The notes under the pieces are model-generated. The model saw only the letters and a list, made by a program, of their open reading frames with translations. It made no database searches and was not told the DNA's origin. From a virus (Duplodnaviria > Heunggongvirae > Uroviricota > Caudoviricetes), in IMG/VR virus record IMGVR_UViG_3300032038_000042: a DNA stretch of 64,000 bases; one strand, 5' to 3'. Numbering within the stretch: position 1 is the stretch's first letter; each line of letters starts with the position of its first letter. The translations under genes were made by a program, and so were the position numbers. Below, piece after piece: positions 19,776 to 29,136 of this stretch.

Positions 19776-20906
19776 TTGAGTAATACATTTGATTTAAAAT
19801 CTGCTAAATTATATAAACCGGGCGCATATGAAACTTTTGATGATAATTTAGCAGATATACTAGTCGATGTTTTAAACGGAGATGAAAAATTATTAGAGAT
19901 GCCAGAAATACAATCTCTTGGTGCTCGTAACATAAAAGCAGCTTTAGAGTGGCTTGCAACAGCGGATGTAAATGGCGATTATAAAGATTTGTTAGCAAAA
20001 GAAGGTTGGCGTTTGATGTATCGTCGACGTCCTCCAACACCAGAAGAATACTTAACTTGGGATTGGATCGGGGCTCAGTCAGAAGGTTTGTGGCCAAATG
20101 TTAGGCATGCGTTTGTTGAATTTATGAATTTAAGTCCACTAAATCCAAAACGCGGATTAGCTCTATCAACCAGTATAGGTTGGGGAAAATCGCTCTTAAC
20201 CAACTTGTGCATGAGTTACATTATTACACTTTTCTGTTTAATGCGAGAACCTTTCAAAGTTTTAGGCCACAGCCCGATGACCTCATATTGCGTTTCACTT
20301 TGTAGTTATTCGCTCGGGAAAGCATGGGACTTGTTAGGTACTCCTTTTGAGCAATTCATTGAACAAAGTCCGATGTTTGAAAAGGTTGGTCGACGTGACG
20401 ATGTTGTAAATGCAAATAAACTAGATCCAAACTGTACAAAGATTTACTACTCAACAGCTGGTCGTGGATCTGCTCGTATGATTTATAGAAACAACCTTCA
20501 ATTAAAAATGATGTCTACAGAAGGTCACTTGTTAGGAAATGCACAACCGATGTATTCTAAAATCATGAAAGCAGACGGTAGCTACTACGAAATGAAGGAT
20601 GTAAAAGTCGGAGATAAAATTGCTTCTCCAACAGAAGGTGTTACAGAAGTAATTGGAGTGTTTCCTCAACCTAAAAAAAGACCAATTTACGAAATTGAAT
20701 TAGAGAATGGAAAAAAAGTAAGAGCTGCAGATAACCATCTTTGGAAAGTAGCAATAGATAAAGATGAGACTGGTAATTGGAATTGGCAAATTGTTAATAC
20801 CATGCAACTTAAAGATTGGTTAGAAAAAGGTATAGATGTAGAAATTTACGGAGAGGATAATGCTCCAGAATGTAAAATTCCAAAAAACAAAACAAGTGAA
20901 CTTTAA
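19776..20906 (+). CDS. Terminase large-subunit-like ATPase fragment ending in a Hint/intein-like segment; probably truncated or degenerate
   Basis: TTG start preceded by GAGGAG. Walker A ...RGLALSTSIGWGKSLL... and ...STAGRGSARMIY... align with T4 gp17 ...NLSRQLGKT... and ...RGNSFAMIYIDE..., but the Walker B DE is replaced by RNN. Residues about 258-376 match intein blocks A/B (…KADGSYYEMKDVKVGDKI…PIYEIELENGKKVRAADNHLWKV) and a block-F-like IDVEIY. The ORF then stops, with no HN-C/S/T junction and no nuclease domain. Confidence 0.5.
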   Translation: MSNTFDLKSAKLYKPGAYETFDDNLADILVDVLNGDEKLLEMPEIQSLGARNIKAALEWLATADVNGDYKDLLAKEGWRLMYRRRPPTPEEYLTWDWIGAQSEGLWPNVRHAFVEFMNLSPLNPKRGLALSTSIGWGKSLLTNLCMSYIITLFCLMREPFKVLGHSPMTSYCVSLCSYSLGKAWDLLGTPFEQFIEQSPMFEKVGRRDDVVNANKLDPNCTKIYYSTAGRGSARMIYRNNLQLKMMSTEGHLLGNAQPMYSKIMKADGSYYEMKDVKVGDKIASPTEGVTEVIGVFPQPKKRPIYEIELENGKKVRAADNHLWKVAIDKDETGNWNWQIVNTMQLKDWLEKGIDVEIYGEDNAPECKIPKNKTSEL

Positions 20907-20911
20907 AAATT

Positions 20912-20956
20912 GGTAGCTTTCTTGCTAAGTTTCTTTAAAAAGTGCAGAAAGCTACC
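20912..20956. terminator. Bidirectional hairpin between convergent genes (GGTAGCTTTCT ... AGAAAGCTACC)
   Basis: Perfect 11-bp inverted repeat with a 23-nt loop, flanked by A- and T-rich runs. It lies between the + ORF ending at 20906 and the minus-strand ORF ending at 20965. Confidence 0.5.
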
Positions 20957-20964
20957 AATCCTTT

Positions 20965-21711
20965 TCACTCGTTATCGTTACCAGTTTCAAATGAACTGTC
21001 TCCGAAAATCCAATCAAGAGCATCTTCATAATCCTGGGAAGCCAAAGTTCTACAATCTGGATTTTCCCTTGGATCTGACTGATGATCGATGTAACCACCA
21101 AAATCAATCCAATTGGAAATATCTGGATGTGCTTTCCATTCATTCAATGGAGCTTCTTTCAAGTGCTCCAAAGATTTAATGAAGCAACTCTCTCCGTAGT
21201 CACCCTCTGTCTCCCAAAAGGTGTCTCGATCATCTCCAATGAATTTGTGTTCTTCGTTCATGTAGTGGAAGTAACTGAATTTGCAACCCTTTTCTTTAAG
21301 GAAATCAAAAAGACCTTTTACTTTATCGTAAGCAAGATTGCGGATGTAATTGACATTTTCTTCATCAATTTCCTTGTAGTGCTTAATCCAATATTCATCG
21401 TTCTTTTCTTTTGCTCTTGCAATGTCCGTTAGCGAGCCAAAACAAAATGAATACTCTCCCCAGGACTTTTCAAGGTTGTGACGTTCTCCATACTCATTTT
21501 TCTGCATAAGGGAAAGCCAATCGCATAAAGCAACCAGGTAGTAAGAAAACTTTGACTGTGAATCAGAGTAACTTTCGAACTCCCATCCGAACTCATCACC
21601 TTTCCAATTTAAAGTACCATTTTTACCTGCACCGCTTCCTTTTGAAGCGAATGTAAGTGAATGTGCTGAACTTGAATTTGTTTCAAACGTATTTATACGA
21701 ATCGATTTCAT
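20965..21711 (-). CDS. Member 1 of the MKSIR-xx-TFETNSSS-xHS N-terminal family (acidic, 248 aa)
   Basis: N-terminus MKSIRINTFETNSSSAHSLTF. It shares its first ~18 residues with the ORFs at 32513, 40449 and 46999, which otherwise have unrelated bodies. Confidence 0.55.
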   Translation of the reverse strand: MKSIRINTFETNSSSAHSLTFASKGSGAGKNGTLNWKGDEFGWEFESYSDSQSKFSYYLVALCDWLSLMQKNEYGERHNLEKSWGEYSFCFGSLTDIARAKEKNDEYWIKHYKEIDEENVNYIRNLAYDKVKGLFDFLKEKGCKFSYFHYMNEEHKFIGDDRDTFWETEGDYGESCFIKSLEHLKEAPLNEWKAHPDISNWIDFGGYIDHQSDPRENPDCRTLASQDYEDALDWIFGDSSFETGNDNE

Positions 21712-23429
21712 GCTTCCTCCAAAAACTGGCTAAATTGTTTAATCTGACTTGCTGTATAAACCTTTTCAATTGGCATATCAATCTTTCTACACCAGTCGGA
21801 AACGATTGAAGGATCGATATACGAATTTTTTGCTGTTCCTGACGTAAAATTCTGGTTACGTTCTTTTGACTCAAGGTTAAGCTCAGCTTGATCGATTTTA
21901 GCTTTTGATTTTTCAATCTGCTCTTTCAAAGCTTTAATCTTATCCTTGTAACCATCCTTTTTAGCAGCTTTCAAAGCCTTGATCTTTTCTTCACGCTTTT
22001 TATTCTGCTCTACAACTTTTGCTTTACGCTCGTCGAGTTTTTCTTCAGAAGCTTTGAAGCTTGCTTTACGCTTTTCTTCAGCAACCTTATTTACACCACG
22101 CTGATGATTCAAACGACGTGCAACCTGCATTGTAGCTTCATCAAATGCAATCTTTTTAAGTGCAATTGGCGAATCTTTTGTTACTTTGAACTTTGCAGTC
22201 ATCTCTTCAAGTGCTTTAGTAGCTGTATAAGCTGCAACTGCAGTACGTGCAAGTTTTGGAGTAAAGATTCCGTCAAGCTCTGGAACGACCTGAGAAATGT
22301 ATTGCTTAATCTGAAGCTTATCTGTCTTGAGCTTTTTGTCCTTTGCCCAAGTTTCTTCAATAACATCTGCATATTCAGTTTCAATTACGCTTGTATCTCT
22401 TACAGAATCTTTTCCGTAAAAGTCAAACTTAATTTTATTTCCTGAACGCTTAACTTCTTTTCCCCATTCAAGTGCAAGAAGCCCTTTTGTACCATTTATA
22501 GTTTCGCTTGCAGAACCAATTCGAATACCTTTTTCGAAAAGCATGAAAACTGCAACTGCTGTACTCAAGTCCTTTTTTGCTTTAAAATCGCTTGCTATTT
22601 TTGCAAGTACTTTTTCGTAAGATTTTCCAAGTGTTGCTCCTGCAGCGTACTTTTTTGTCTGGCCTTCCTTCTTTACGGAAGAAGCAGCAGCAAACTGAAT
22701 CATCTTGTATTTTGTTGACTTAAGTGTTTTGATAGAACCATCTGCATTTGGAATTCCAACATTAATGTTGTACTGAGCAGCAAAATGTGATTCTGGATTC
22801 CAATCAACGTTCCAAGCAAAACCACTTGTAATTAGCATTTCACCATCTTCGCCATAATAAAGCACTTCTGGAAGCTTTTTGCTGTTTGTGTTAAGTTTAA
22901 CATCTGCAGCTGTATTTTCGAATTTCCAATATCCGTTAAGGGGTGAATCTCCTCGTCCGAAGAAAATTCCTTCTGGTTCAATTGTCCAGCTTGCAAGCGG
23001 TTCGTCGTTACCGTTAATCTTTACAATACCGTATTTTGCTTTAAGTTCTTCATTCTGCTTTTTGATTTCGGCTGCATTAGCCTTTTTCCAAGCAGCTTTG
23101 CATTCTTTTGCTTCCGCGTACCATTTACGCCATTTTGCAATTTCTTTATCGTTTGCTACAAAATTAACCAAATCTGGATACTTTGTAAAGTCTTTTCCAC
23201 CTGCAGAAGCAATGCAGGTAAAAACACGCTTAATAAACTTTGTATCCTGCATGCAAGGAAGTTCCGGATTAATACGACAAAAAGCTCCAAAAATGCGGTC
23301 TGAAAGTTTATTTTTATCTGCAAAAGGGGGAACTGGGATTCTTGCTGGAATACCAATTCCTTTTATTTCTACTGATGTTAAATCCTGTAACTTCATTTCG
23401 TAACCTCGCCGTATAATATAGTGATACAC
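21708..23429 (-). CDS. Type IB DNA topoisomerase (573 aa) with an N-terminal extension and a coiled-coil linker between the catalytic His and Tyr
   Basis: ...FYGKDSVRD... (Arg), ...TPKLARTAVAAYTATK... (Arg), ...ARRLNHQRG... (His) and ...GTAKNSYIDPSIVSDWCRK... align with poxvirus/bacterial TopIB motifs (...GTSKLNYLDPRITVAWCKK...). About 95 residues of K/E-rich heptad sequence separate the His and Tyr. Confidence 0.7.
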   Translation of the reverse strand: MYHYIIRRGYEMKLQDLTSVEIKGIGIPARIPVPPFADKNKLSDRIFGAFCRINPELPCMQDTKFIKRVFTCIASAGGKDFTKYPDLVNFVANDKEIAKWRKWYAEAKECKAAWKKANAAEIKKQNEELKAKYGIVKINGNDEPLASWTIEPEGIFFGRGDSPLNGYWKFENTAADVKLNTNSKKLPEVLYYGEDGEMLITSGFAWNVDWNPESHFAAQYNINVGIPNADGSIKTLKSTKYKMIQFAAASSVKKEGQTKKYAAGATLGKSYEKVLAKIASDFKAKKDLSTAVAVFMLFEKGIRIGSASETINGTKGLLALEWGKEVKRSGNKIKFDFYGKDSVRDTSVIETEYADVIEETWAKDKKLKTDKLQIKQYISQVVPELDGIFTPKLARTAVAAYTATKALEEMTAKFKVTKDSPIALKKIAFDEATMQVARRLNHQRGVNKVAEEKRKASFKASEEKLDERKAKVVEQNKKREEKIKALKAAKKDGYKDKIKALKEQIEKSKAKIDQAELNLESKERNQNFTSGTAKNSYIDPSIVSDWCRKIDMPIEKVYTASQIKQFSQFLEEA

Positions 23430-23459
23430 CTTTAAGGATTTTCCGAAAATTTCACAGAA

Positions 23460-24110
23460 TTACCTTGGGTAAATGTCGCTTTCGTCGACGACATCTACAG
23501 AATCGTTGTAGTCCACATTTATAAAAGGTGCGCTTCGATGCAAATCTTCAGAATAAACTGCAATTTTTGCAGCTGCAGCTTCGTAGTCTGCATAAGCTTC
23601 AACTTCAAGTGAAAAGTTATAATCCTTTAACAAAGCTTTAAAATCTCTTAAAAACTTTTTAGCTTTTTCGCAAAATCTTTCATCATCGCGAACTTTCTGA
23701 AAGTGCTCCTTGATTGCATTTATATTGAAACTTTCTGCAGAGTAGCTATCAATACCTAAAATATTGTTAACCCAATCTGCAACCTCTTTAGCATCTGTAT
23801 GCTGGAAGTTTTTATTTCCAATTTTATCTACAACTTTGTAGCTCTTATAGATTTCTACAAACTCGTTTTCAATAAAGATAAACTGCACAAAGTACTCAAC
23901 ATCGAGGCGCTTACCATTACCTAGACAAGGTTGTACATAGCGATAATCTGTATCAAGATTTGATATGCAGAATTTGTTGTAATCGCTTTTATACTTTTCA
24001 ATAATCTCTTCTCTTGAGCAATTGTATATCCGGGTAGTACCTGGGTCTGTAACCTTTACTCTTTTATCAATTACAAGTATTTCCTGATTTTTCATTTCTT
24101 TGTACCTCAC
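23460..24110 (-). CDS. Hypothetical protein (216 aa)
   Basis: ORF at the head of the leftward topoisomerase operon. Confidence 0.45.
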   Translation of the reverse strand: MRYKEMKNQEILVIDKRVKVTDPGTTRIYNCSREEIIEKYKSDYNKFCISNLDTDYRYVQPCLGNGKRLDVEYFVQFIFIENEFVEIYKSYKVVDKIGNKNFQHTDAKEVADWVNNILGIDSYSAESFNINAIKEHFQKVRDDERFCEKAKKFLRDFKALLKDYNFSLEVEAYADYEAAAAKIAVYSEDLHRSAPFINVDYNDSVDVVDESDIYPR

Positions 24111-24235
24111 GCCATATAATATAGCAAGACATCTTTAAAAACTTTCTAAAAAAATTTTACTTTTTAGCCTATATTATGAATGCAGTTACAAACTTAAGTG
24201 TGTAATAATTTTTTTTAAACCAAGGAGTCAAAAGT

Positions 24236-24637
24236 ATGAGAGTTGAAGAAGCTTGCGGTTTCGGAATAGGTGCTAAACCTGAAATTGGAATGCCTTGTAC
24301 TTTACACATGTACAGCGATAGCCACGCATGTGAAGTTGTAAAGATTTCTAAAAGTGGTAAAACATGCTGGATTCGAAGAAATGTTGTAACTGTAGATCCT
24401 TCTTCGGAGGGTGGAATAGGACATCAGGATTGGGTAATTCATAAAGGTGAATTTGTAAAAATACACTCTAATCCAAAAACGTTTGAAGATTACCCAGAAC
24501 CTCGGCTTGCAGATGTTCCAGATTATTTTACTTACTATAAAGTAACTTTGAGAAAGAACGGAGCATGGAGAACTTCAAAGACAAACGAGTATGTTCAGCT
24601 TGGAGTTGCACACGAGTATTACGATTGGTCGTTTTGA
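24236..24637 (+). CDS. Hypothetical protein (133 aa)
   Basis: AAGGAG SD 7 nt upstream of the ATG. Confidence 0.5.
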   Translation: MRVEEACGFGIGAKPEIGMPCTLHMYSDSHACEVVKISKSGKTCWIRRNVVTVDPSSEGGIGHQDWVIHKGEFVKIHSNPKTFEDYPEPRLADVPDYFTYYKVTLRKNGAWRTSKTNEYVQLGVAHEYYDWSF

Positions 24638-24753
24638 AGAACTAAAATTCAACAGTCTATATTAATAACTAATTATCGTATCAAAAGGAGATTAAATGAG
24701 AGTAACAAAATATGCAGTCTTTTAAGTAAACTTATAATGCTTAGGAGACTTAA

Positions 24754-25791
24754 ATGAGTAGAAGTTACAGAAAAGGTTACTCAGGACACTGCTCCACTTA
24801 TGGAGATAAATGGTGTCGCTTTCAGTATCACAAAAGCTTAAGAGCAAAGGATCATCGTATCCTAAAAGAGTGTGAGCAATTTTACAGAGATTGCAAACTT
24901 TTTGAACCATATGAAGAATGCTGTGGTTTGAATGGTGAAGTTTGTGATGTAGATGTAGATTGGTATTATCTCGAATTGGATGATCCACACGATAAAGCAA
25001 TCTATGATAACAATCTTATCAACCCAGAAGAAATTCTTTGCAATGTTCATTCTAAAAGAATAAACAAATGCATAGGTTGCTACTATTCAGAAAATTGCTG
25101 GAAAGATGGAGAATTCTTCGATGCTTGGGAAGCAAGTCCAGATGAAAAATTCTGCAACAACAGAATCGATCATTCAATCAGATATTCTGATAAATGGAGT
25201 TGGGCATCAGATGGAGGTGTTTACTATCAAGAAAGTGTTGCTAGCTTAAGAATCGATTTCGACAAGGAGATGTTTGGAGAGGAAAATAATAGATACTCTC
25301 ATACAAATGCTTGGGATGATTATTGTAAATTCAAACAAGCAAAGTACAACACAACACCACGTAAATGGTACCTGGTATACGAAATTCCTACAAAAGAAAC
25401 AATTCGTATTAACTGGGTAAGTTATTATACACGAAATGCACTTCCAAAGTCAACAAAAAATGTTTGGTACAAAATAGAGTCTTTTTGGGGAGATGAAAAA
25501 CCATCTATTTACAAATATGAAAGGTGTTGGGAAACAGCAAAAGATAAAATACTTTTAGACCATAAACCTATGCTTTCAGATCTTCCAAAAAATGCTAAAT
25601 TTTTATACTCTTGCAAATCCCGCAAACATACTTATACTCAAGCAAAAAGTGACTGGGATCTAATGGAGTTTTTATTTTACAGAAACATTATACCGACTCA
25701 CTTTACTAGTAGAGAGGATTTAAATAAATGGCTTTATGCGAACGAAGAGAAGATAGTTCGCAAATGGTACAAAATTAAAAATCGAAAATAA
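24754..25791 (+). CDS. Cys/Trp/Tyr-rich hypothetical protein (345 aa)
   Basis: Many CxxC / CxC pairs (…CEQFYRDCKLFEPYEECCGLNGEVCDVD…CIGCYYSENC…). SD-like GGAGA upstream. Confidence 0.5.
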   Translation: MSRSYRKGYSGHCSTYGDKWCRFQYHKSLRAKDHRILKECEQFYRDCKLFEPYEECCGLNGEVCDVDVDWYYLELDDPHDKAIYDNNLINPEEILCNVHSKRINKCIGCYYSENCWKDGEFFDAWEASPDEKFCNNRIDHSIRYSDKWSWASDGGVYYQESVASLRIDFDKEMFGEENNRYSHTNAWDDYCKFKQAKYNTTPRKWYLVYEIPTKETIRINWVSYYTRNALPKSTKNVWYKIESFWGDEKPSIYKYERCWETAKDKILLDHKPMLSDLPKNAKFLYSCKSRKHTYTQAKSDWDLMEFLFYRNIIPTHFTSREDLNKWLYANEEKIVRKWYKIKNRK

Positions 25792-25801
25792 GGGGTTTTA
25801 C

Positions 25802-26695
25802 ATGAAGAGAAAAGTTTACCGGGTTGGAGATTTAGATAAATATCAAAGAAAAGCAGATACAATGTATCAAATGTTTGGTAGAAGTACTGGTTATTTTGGA
25901 ACAGGTTATTACTTTTGTACAAAACCTGAATATTGCTGTACGATAACAAGAGAAAATGACCCTTTGTACGAACTTACATTGAAAGATGATATTAAGCTTT
26001 TTAGAGGTGATCGAACTGCACATGAATTTCTTAAAAAGTTTAATAATTATATGATCAATTATCCTTTAATTTGTAATAATAAGGATTTGGTAGATAAAGA
26101 AAAAGACTTTGCAAGAGCTGCAGAATCTTTTTACACAGAACACTTTTTAATTGGATCTTCTATAAAAGCTATGTTTGAAGCTTGGGGAGATGATTACGAT
26201 GGTTGGGAAGATTATTTTCAAAGAGATTGGAGTATAAAAAATCTTGCTAAAAAGGCAAAAGAGATTCCAGACTTGGAAGAGTTTGCAAATATACTTGAAA
26301 GTAAAAATCCCAATTTTGAAAGACTCGATGAAATCCAAAAAGAAAATTCAGACCTTTTTGATTATAAATACATTTCTAGTATGAAATCCTTAGTGTACGA
26401 TGTTTTGGAACTTTTACCAATTCATCTTAATACCGATACAGAAACTATAAAAATGGCGGCAGACCATATTTACGAGACTTATCAAAGTTTTTATGAAAAT
26501 GGAAGGTTAAGGCAGGATCCAAAACTTGCACAAGACGATTCCTTTCCTACAATGCTTTTAAAGATTTTAGGTTATGATGGTGTATGGCCTTCGATAGATT
26601 GTGACAATACAGCTTACGGTGGAGTTATTTTCGATTTAGAAAACTTTACTTATAAAAGACTTGCAGACCATGCAAAAGATTACGTAAAGGACTAG
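25802..26695 (+). CDS. Hypothetical protein (297 aa)
   Basis: The ORF starts 10 nt after the previous stop. GGGG SD-like sequence upstream. Confidence 0.5.
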   Translation: MKRKVYRVGDLDKYQRKADTMYQMFGRSTGYFGTGYYFCTKPEYCCTITRENDPLYELTLKDDIKLFRGDRTAHEFLKKFNNYMINYPLICNNKDLVDKEKDFARAAESFYTEHFLIGSSIKAMFEAWGDDYDGWEDYFQRDWSIKNLAKKAKEIPDLEEFANILESKNPNFERLDEIQKENSDLFDYKYISSMKSLVYDVLELLPIHLNTDTETIKMAADHIYETYQSFYENGRLRQDPKLAQDDSFPTMLLKILGYDGVWPSIDCDNTAYGGVIFDLENFTYKRLADHAKDYVKD

Positions 26696-26700
26696 TAAAT

Positions 26701-27009
26701 ATGAAAAAATTGAGAGATTTAGCTGACTTTATAACACACAATAAAAAGTTTATTACTCAGGTACACGGTGCTTTCGGTAACTATAAAATACCGGTTTCTG
26801 ACTTTGGGTACGATTCAAGAGGTTATACAATGTACCTTTTTTGCGACGAGGATGCTAATCCGATAGCTGTAAAAGATTTGTTAGCTGCTTCGCATAGGTA
26901 TCCAAATGTACCAATCGTTATTGTGAATGAAACTTTAGCAGAAATAAATAATGTAAAAGATTTTCACACCGAATATGATTACGAGGACAATTACGTAATT
27001 TGTGATTGA
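26701..27009 (+). CDS. Hypothetical protein (102 aa)
   Basis: Short co-directional ORF. Confidence 0.4.
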   Translation: MKKLRDLADFITHNKKFITQVHGAFGNYKIPVSDFGYDSRGYTMYLFCDEDANPIAVKDLLAASHRYPNVPIVIVNETLAEINNVKDFHTEYDYEDNYVICD

Positions 27010-27196
27010 ATTTTTTTTAAAAATTTAAACTTTTTTCAAAATCTTCAGCTGAAAAAGATGTAAGAGCTAATACAGAAAAAATCAATTCAATTGAATTCTT
27101 TTTCAGAGATACAATCATAAACGAAAAAATAGGAGAGGAAAAATAAGAAGATATCTTTTTTAAGAATCTATCAAAAGCAACTAACTATATTAAATA

Positions 27197-27243
27197 TTTG
27201 ATAGAAGATACATTCAGTATTGACTGTCAAATCTTATATTATT
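27197..27243 (+). promoter_or_regulatory. Sigma70-like promoter upstream of the NAD salvage operon
   Basis: TTGACT - 17 nt - TTATAA, followed by the AAGGAG SD and the ATG at 27261. Confidence 0.4.
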
Positions 27244-27260
27244 TATAAGGAGAAAACATC

Positions 27261-28550
27261 ATGTGGAAAATTCACGGAGAAATGGTCTCTAACGAAAGAG
27301 ACGTAATGGAACATTTTGGTCTAAAATACCCACCTATTGTAAAATCACTTTTGGATACCGACTTATATAAGTATAGCATGGGCCAAACGTATCATCATCA
27401 ATTTGGAAATCTAAAGACAACTTGGGATTTTAAAGCTCGCAATGTTGGCGAAAACACAACTCACACTTCTATCTATACAGAAGAGGACAAAAAAGAGATA
27501 AACAATCAGCTTTGCGCTTACGCAGCACTTCGTTTTGATGAAGATGAATTGCAATATCTCAATGCAAAATGTCCTTGGATTAAGCAAGATTACATCAACT
27601 TCTTGCGCTTTTGGCATCCACGCCTAGAAGACTTTCAATGCACAACTAACAACAAGTTCGGTAATGGAATTATGTTTTTTGGTGTTCAAGAGTATATTGA
27701 ATACTACGAGATTCCAGTCCTCGAAATTTTTGCCGAAGTCTATTACAGAAACCACTACAATTATGATGAGCTTCTTGCAGGTTTCAAAGAAAAGACTAAC
27801 GAAAAAATCGCTGAAATGAAGAGCAACAAAGACCTTCATTTTGGAACTTGGTCAGAGTTTGGAGCACGTCGTCGCCTTTCATTTGAAGCTCAAGACTGGT
27901 TGATTGGTCGTCTTACAGAAGAAAAGCTTCCAGGTTTTATTGGAACTTCAAACGTTCTTTTGGCAAAAAAGTATAAAGTCACACCTGTTGGAACTTGTGC
28001 TCATGAATTTATTGAATGCGTTGGCCAGGGAAATCCAATGTACAATCCAGCTTACAGCAATAAGATTGCAATGGAAGCTTGGATAAAAGAATATGGTGTT
28101 TGGAACGGAATTTGGTTGACTGACACTATTGGTGATGAACTTTGCCGTAGAGACATGCAAAAAACTTATGCAACACTTTTCAGTGGAGTTCGTAACGATT
28201 CCGGAGATCCATTTAAGTGGGCAGATGATTGGATAAATCATTATACCAATCTTGGAATTGATCCAAAAACCAAAACTTTGCTTTTCAGTAACAGTATAAA
28301 TTCTCTTGAGCTTTGGTCAAAGTTGTGCTTTTATGTCGAAGGTCGTGCTAAACCTGCTTTCGGAATTGGAACGTATTGGTCTGGCCCGCAAACTATTGAT
28401 CCTCTTAACATTGTTGCAAAAGTCGTTCTTGTAAATGGAAAAGATGTTGCAAAACTTTCTGATGATAGCGGAAAGACAATGAGTCGTAGTCAAGAGTATG
28501 TTGATTACCTTCGCAGAACTCTCGATTGGCGTTTAAAATCTGAGGAGTAA
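27261..28550 (+). CDS. pncB: Nicotinate phosphoribosyltransferase
   Basis: ...SLLDTDLYKYSMGQTYHHQFGN... matches the PncB N-terminal signature (E. coli ...[20 protein letters not shown]...). The 429-aa length is typical. Strong SD. Confidence 0.8.
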   Translation: MWKIHGEMVSNERDVMEHFGLKYPPIVKSLLDTDLYKYSMGQTYHHQFGNLKTTWDFKARNVGENTTHTSIYTEEDKKEINNQLCAYAALRFDEDELQYLNAKCPWIKQDYINFLRFWHPRLEDFQCTTNNKFGNGIMFFGVQEYIEYYEIPVLEIFAEVYYRNHYNYDELLAGFKEKTNEKIAEMKSNKDLHFGTWSEFGARRRLSFEAQDWLIGRLTEEKLPGFIGTSNVLLAKKYKVTPVGTCAHEFIECVGQGNPMYNPAYSNKIAMEAWIKEYGVWNGIWLTDTIGDELCRRDMQKTYATLFSGVRNDSGDPFKWADDWINHYTNLGIDPKTKTLLFSNSINSLELWSKLCFYVEGRAKPAFGIGTYWSGPQTIDPLNIVAKVVLVNGKDVAKLSDDSGKTMSRSQEYVDYLRRTLDWRLKSEE

Positions 28551-28553
28551 AAA

Positions 28554-29135
28554 ATGATTACACCAAAACTTTTGAATAAAACAAAAGAAGTAGACCTTAT
28601 CAAAACTCCAGTCTTTACTGTTGTTGAAAAAGAATACGAAAATCTGGAATTCAAACCAGTAGGATTGAATTGCAAAGATTGGGTAATGGTTATTGCTAAA
28701 GACTCAATTTCAGATCCAGTCTGTGTTTTTGTAAAGCAAACAAGATGGGGTTGTGAGCATTCCACAATTGAATTTCCTTGCGGTACAGTAGACTTAAATG
28801 AAAGTCCTGTAGAAGCTGCAGTAAGAGAATTTCGAGAAGAAACAGGTATTGAGGTTGCACAATCTTCGTTAAAAGAGATTGCAACATTCAATCCAAATCC
28901 AGCTTACTTTAACAATCTTATGCACATTTTTGAATTTGTAGACAGAGGTTTGTTGAGCAAGTTCTTAAATAAGAAAAAGCAAAAGCTGGATAAAAACGAG
29001 GATTGCGAAGTCTTTGTTGATAGACTTGAAAATCAAGCAACACTCTTAAAGAAAGGTGGAATGAGTTTAATTGGATATGTATATGCTTCAAAAGTAAATA
29101 CATCTGCAAAGTACGAATTGAAGGAGATTAAATAA
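28554..29135 (+). CDS. Nudix hydrolase
   Basis: Perfect Nudix box GTVDLNESPVEAAVREFREETGI (Gx5Ex7REUxEExGU). Confidence 0.75.
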   Translation: MITPKLLNKTKEVDLIKTPVFTVVEKEYENLEFKPVGLNCKDWVMVIAKDSISDPVCVFVKQTRWGCEHSTIEFPCGTVDLNESPVEAAVREFREETGIEVAQSSLKEIATFNPNPAYFNNLMHIFEFVDRGLLSKFLNKKKQKLDKNEDCEVFVDRLENQATLLKKGGMSLIGYVYASKVNTSAKYELKEIK

Positions 29136-29136
29136 C

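Noticed and set aside
20910-21179. 89-aa + strand ORF immediately after the terminase-like gene
   Set aside because: It begins inside the bidirectional terminator hairpin and runs antisense through the start of the 20965-21711 gene. The composition is not protein-like.
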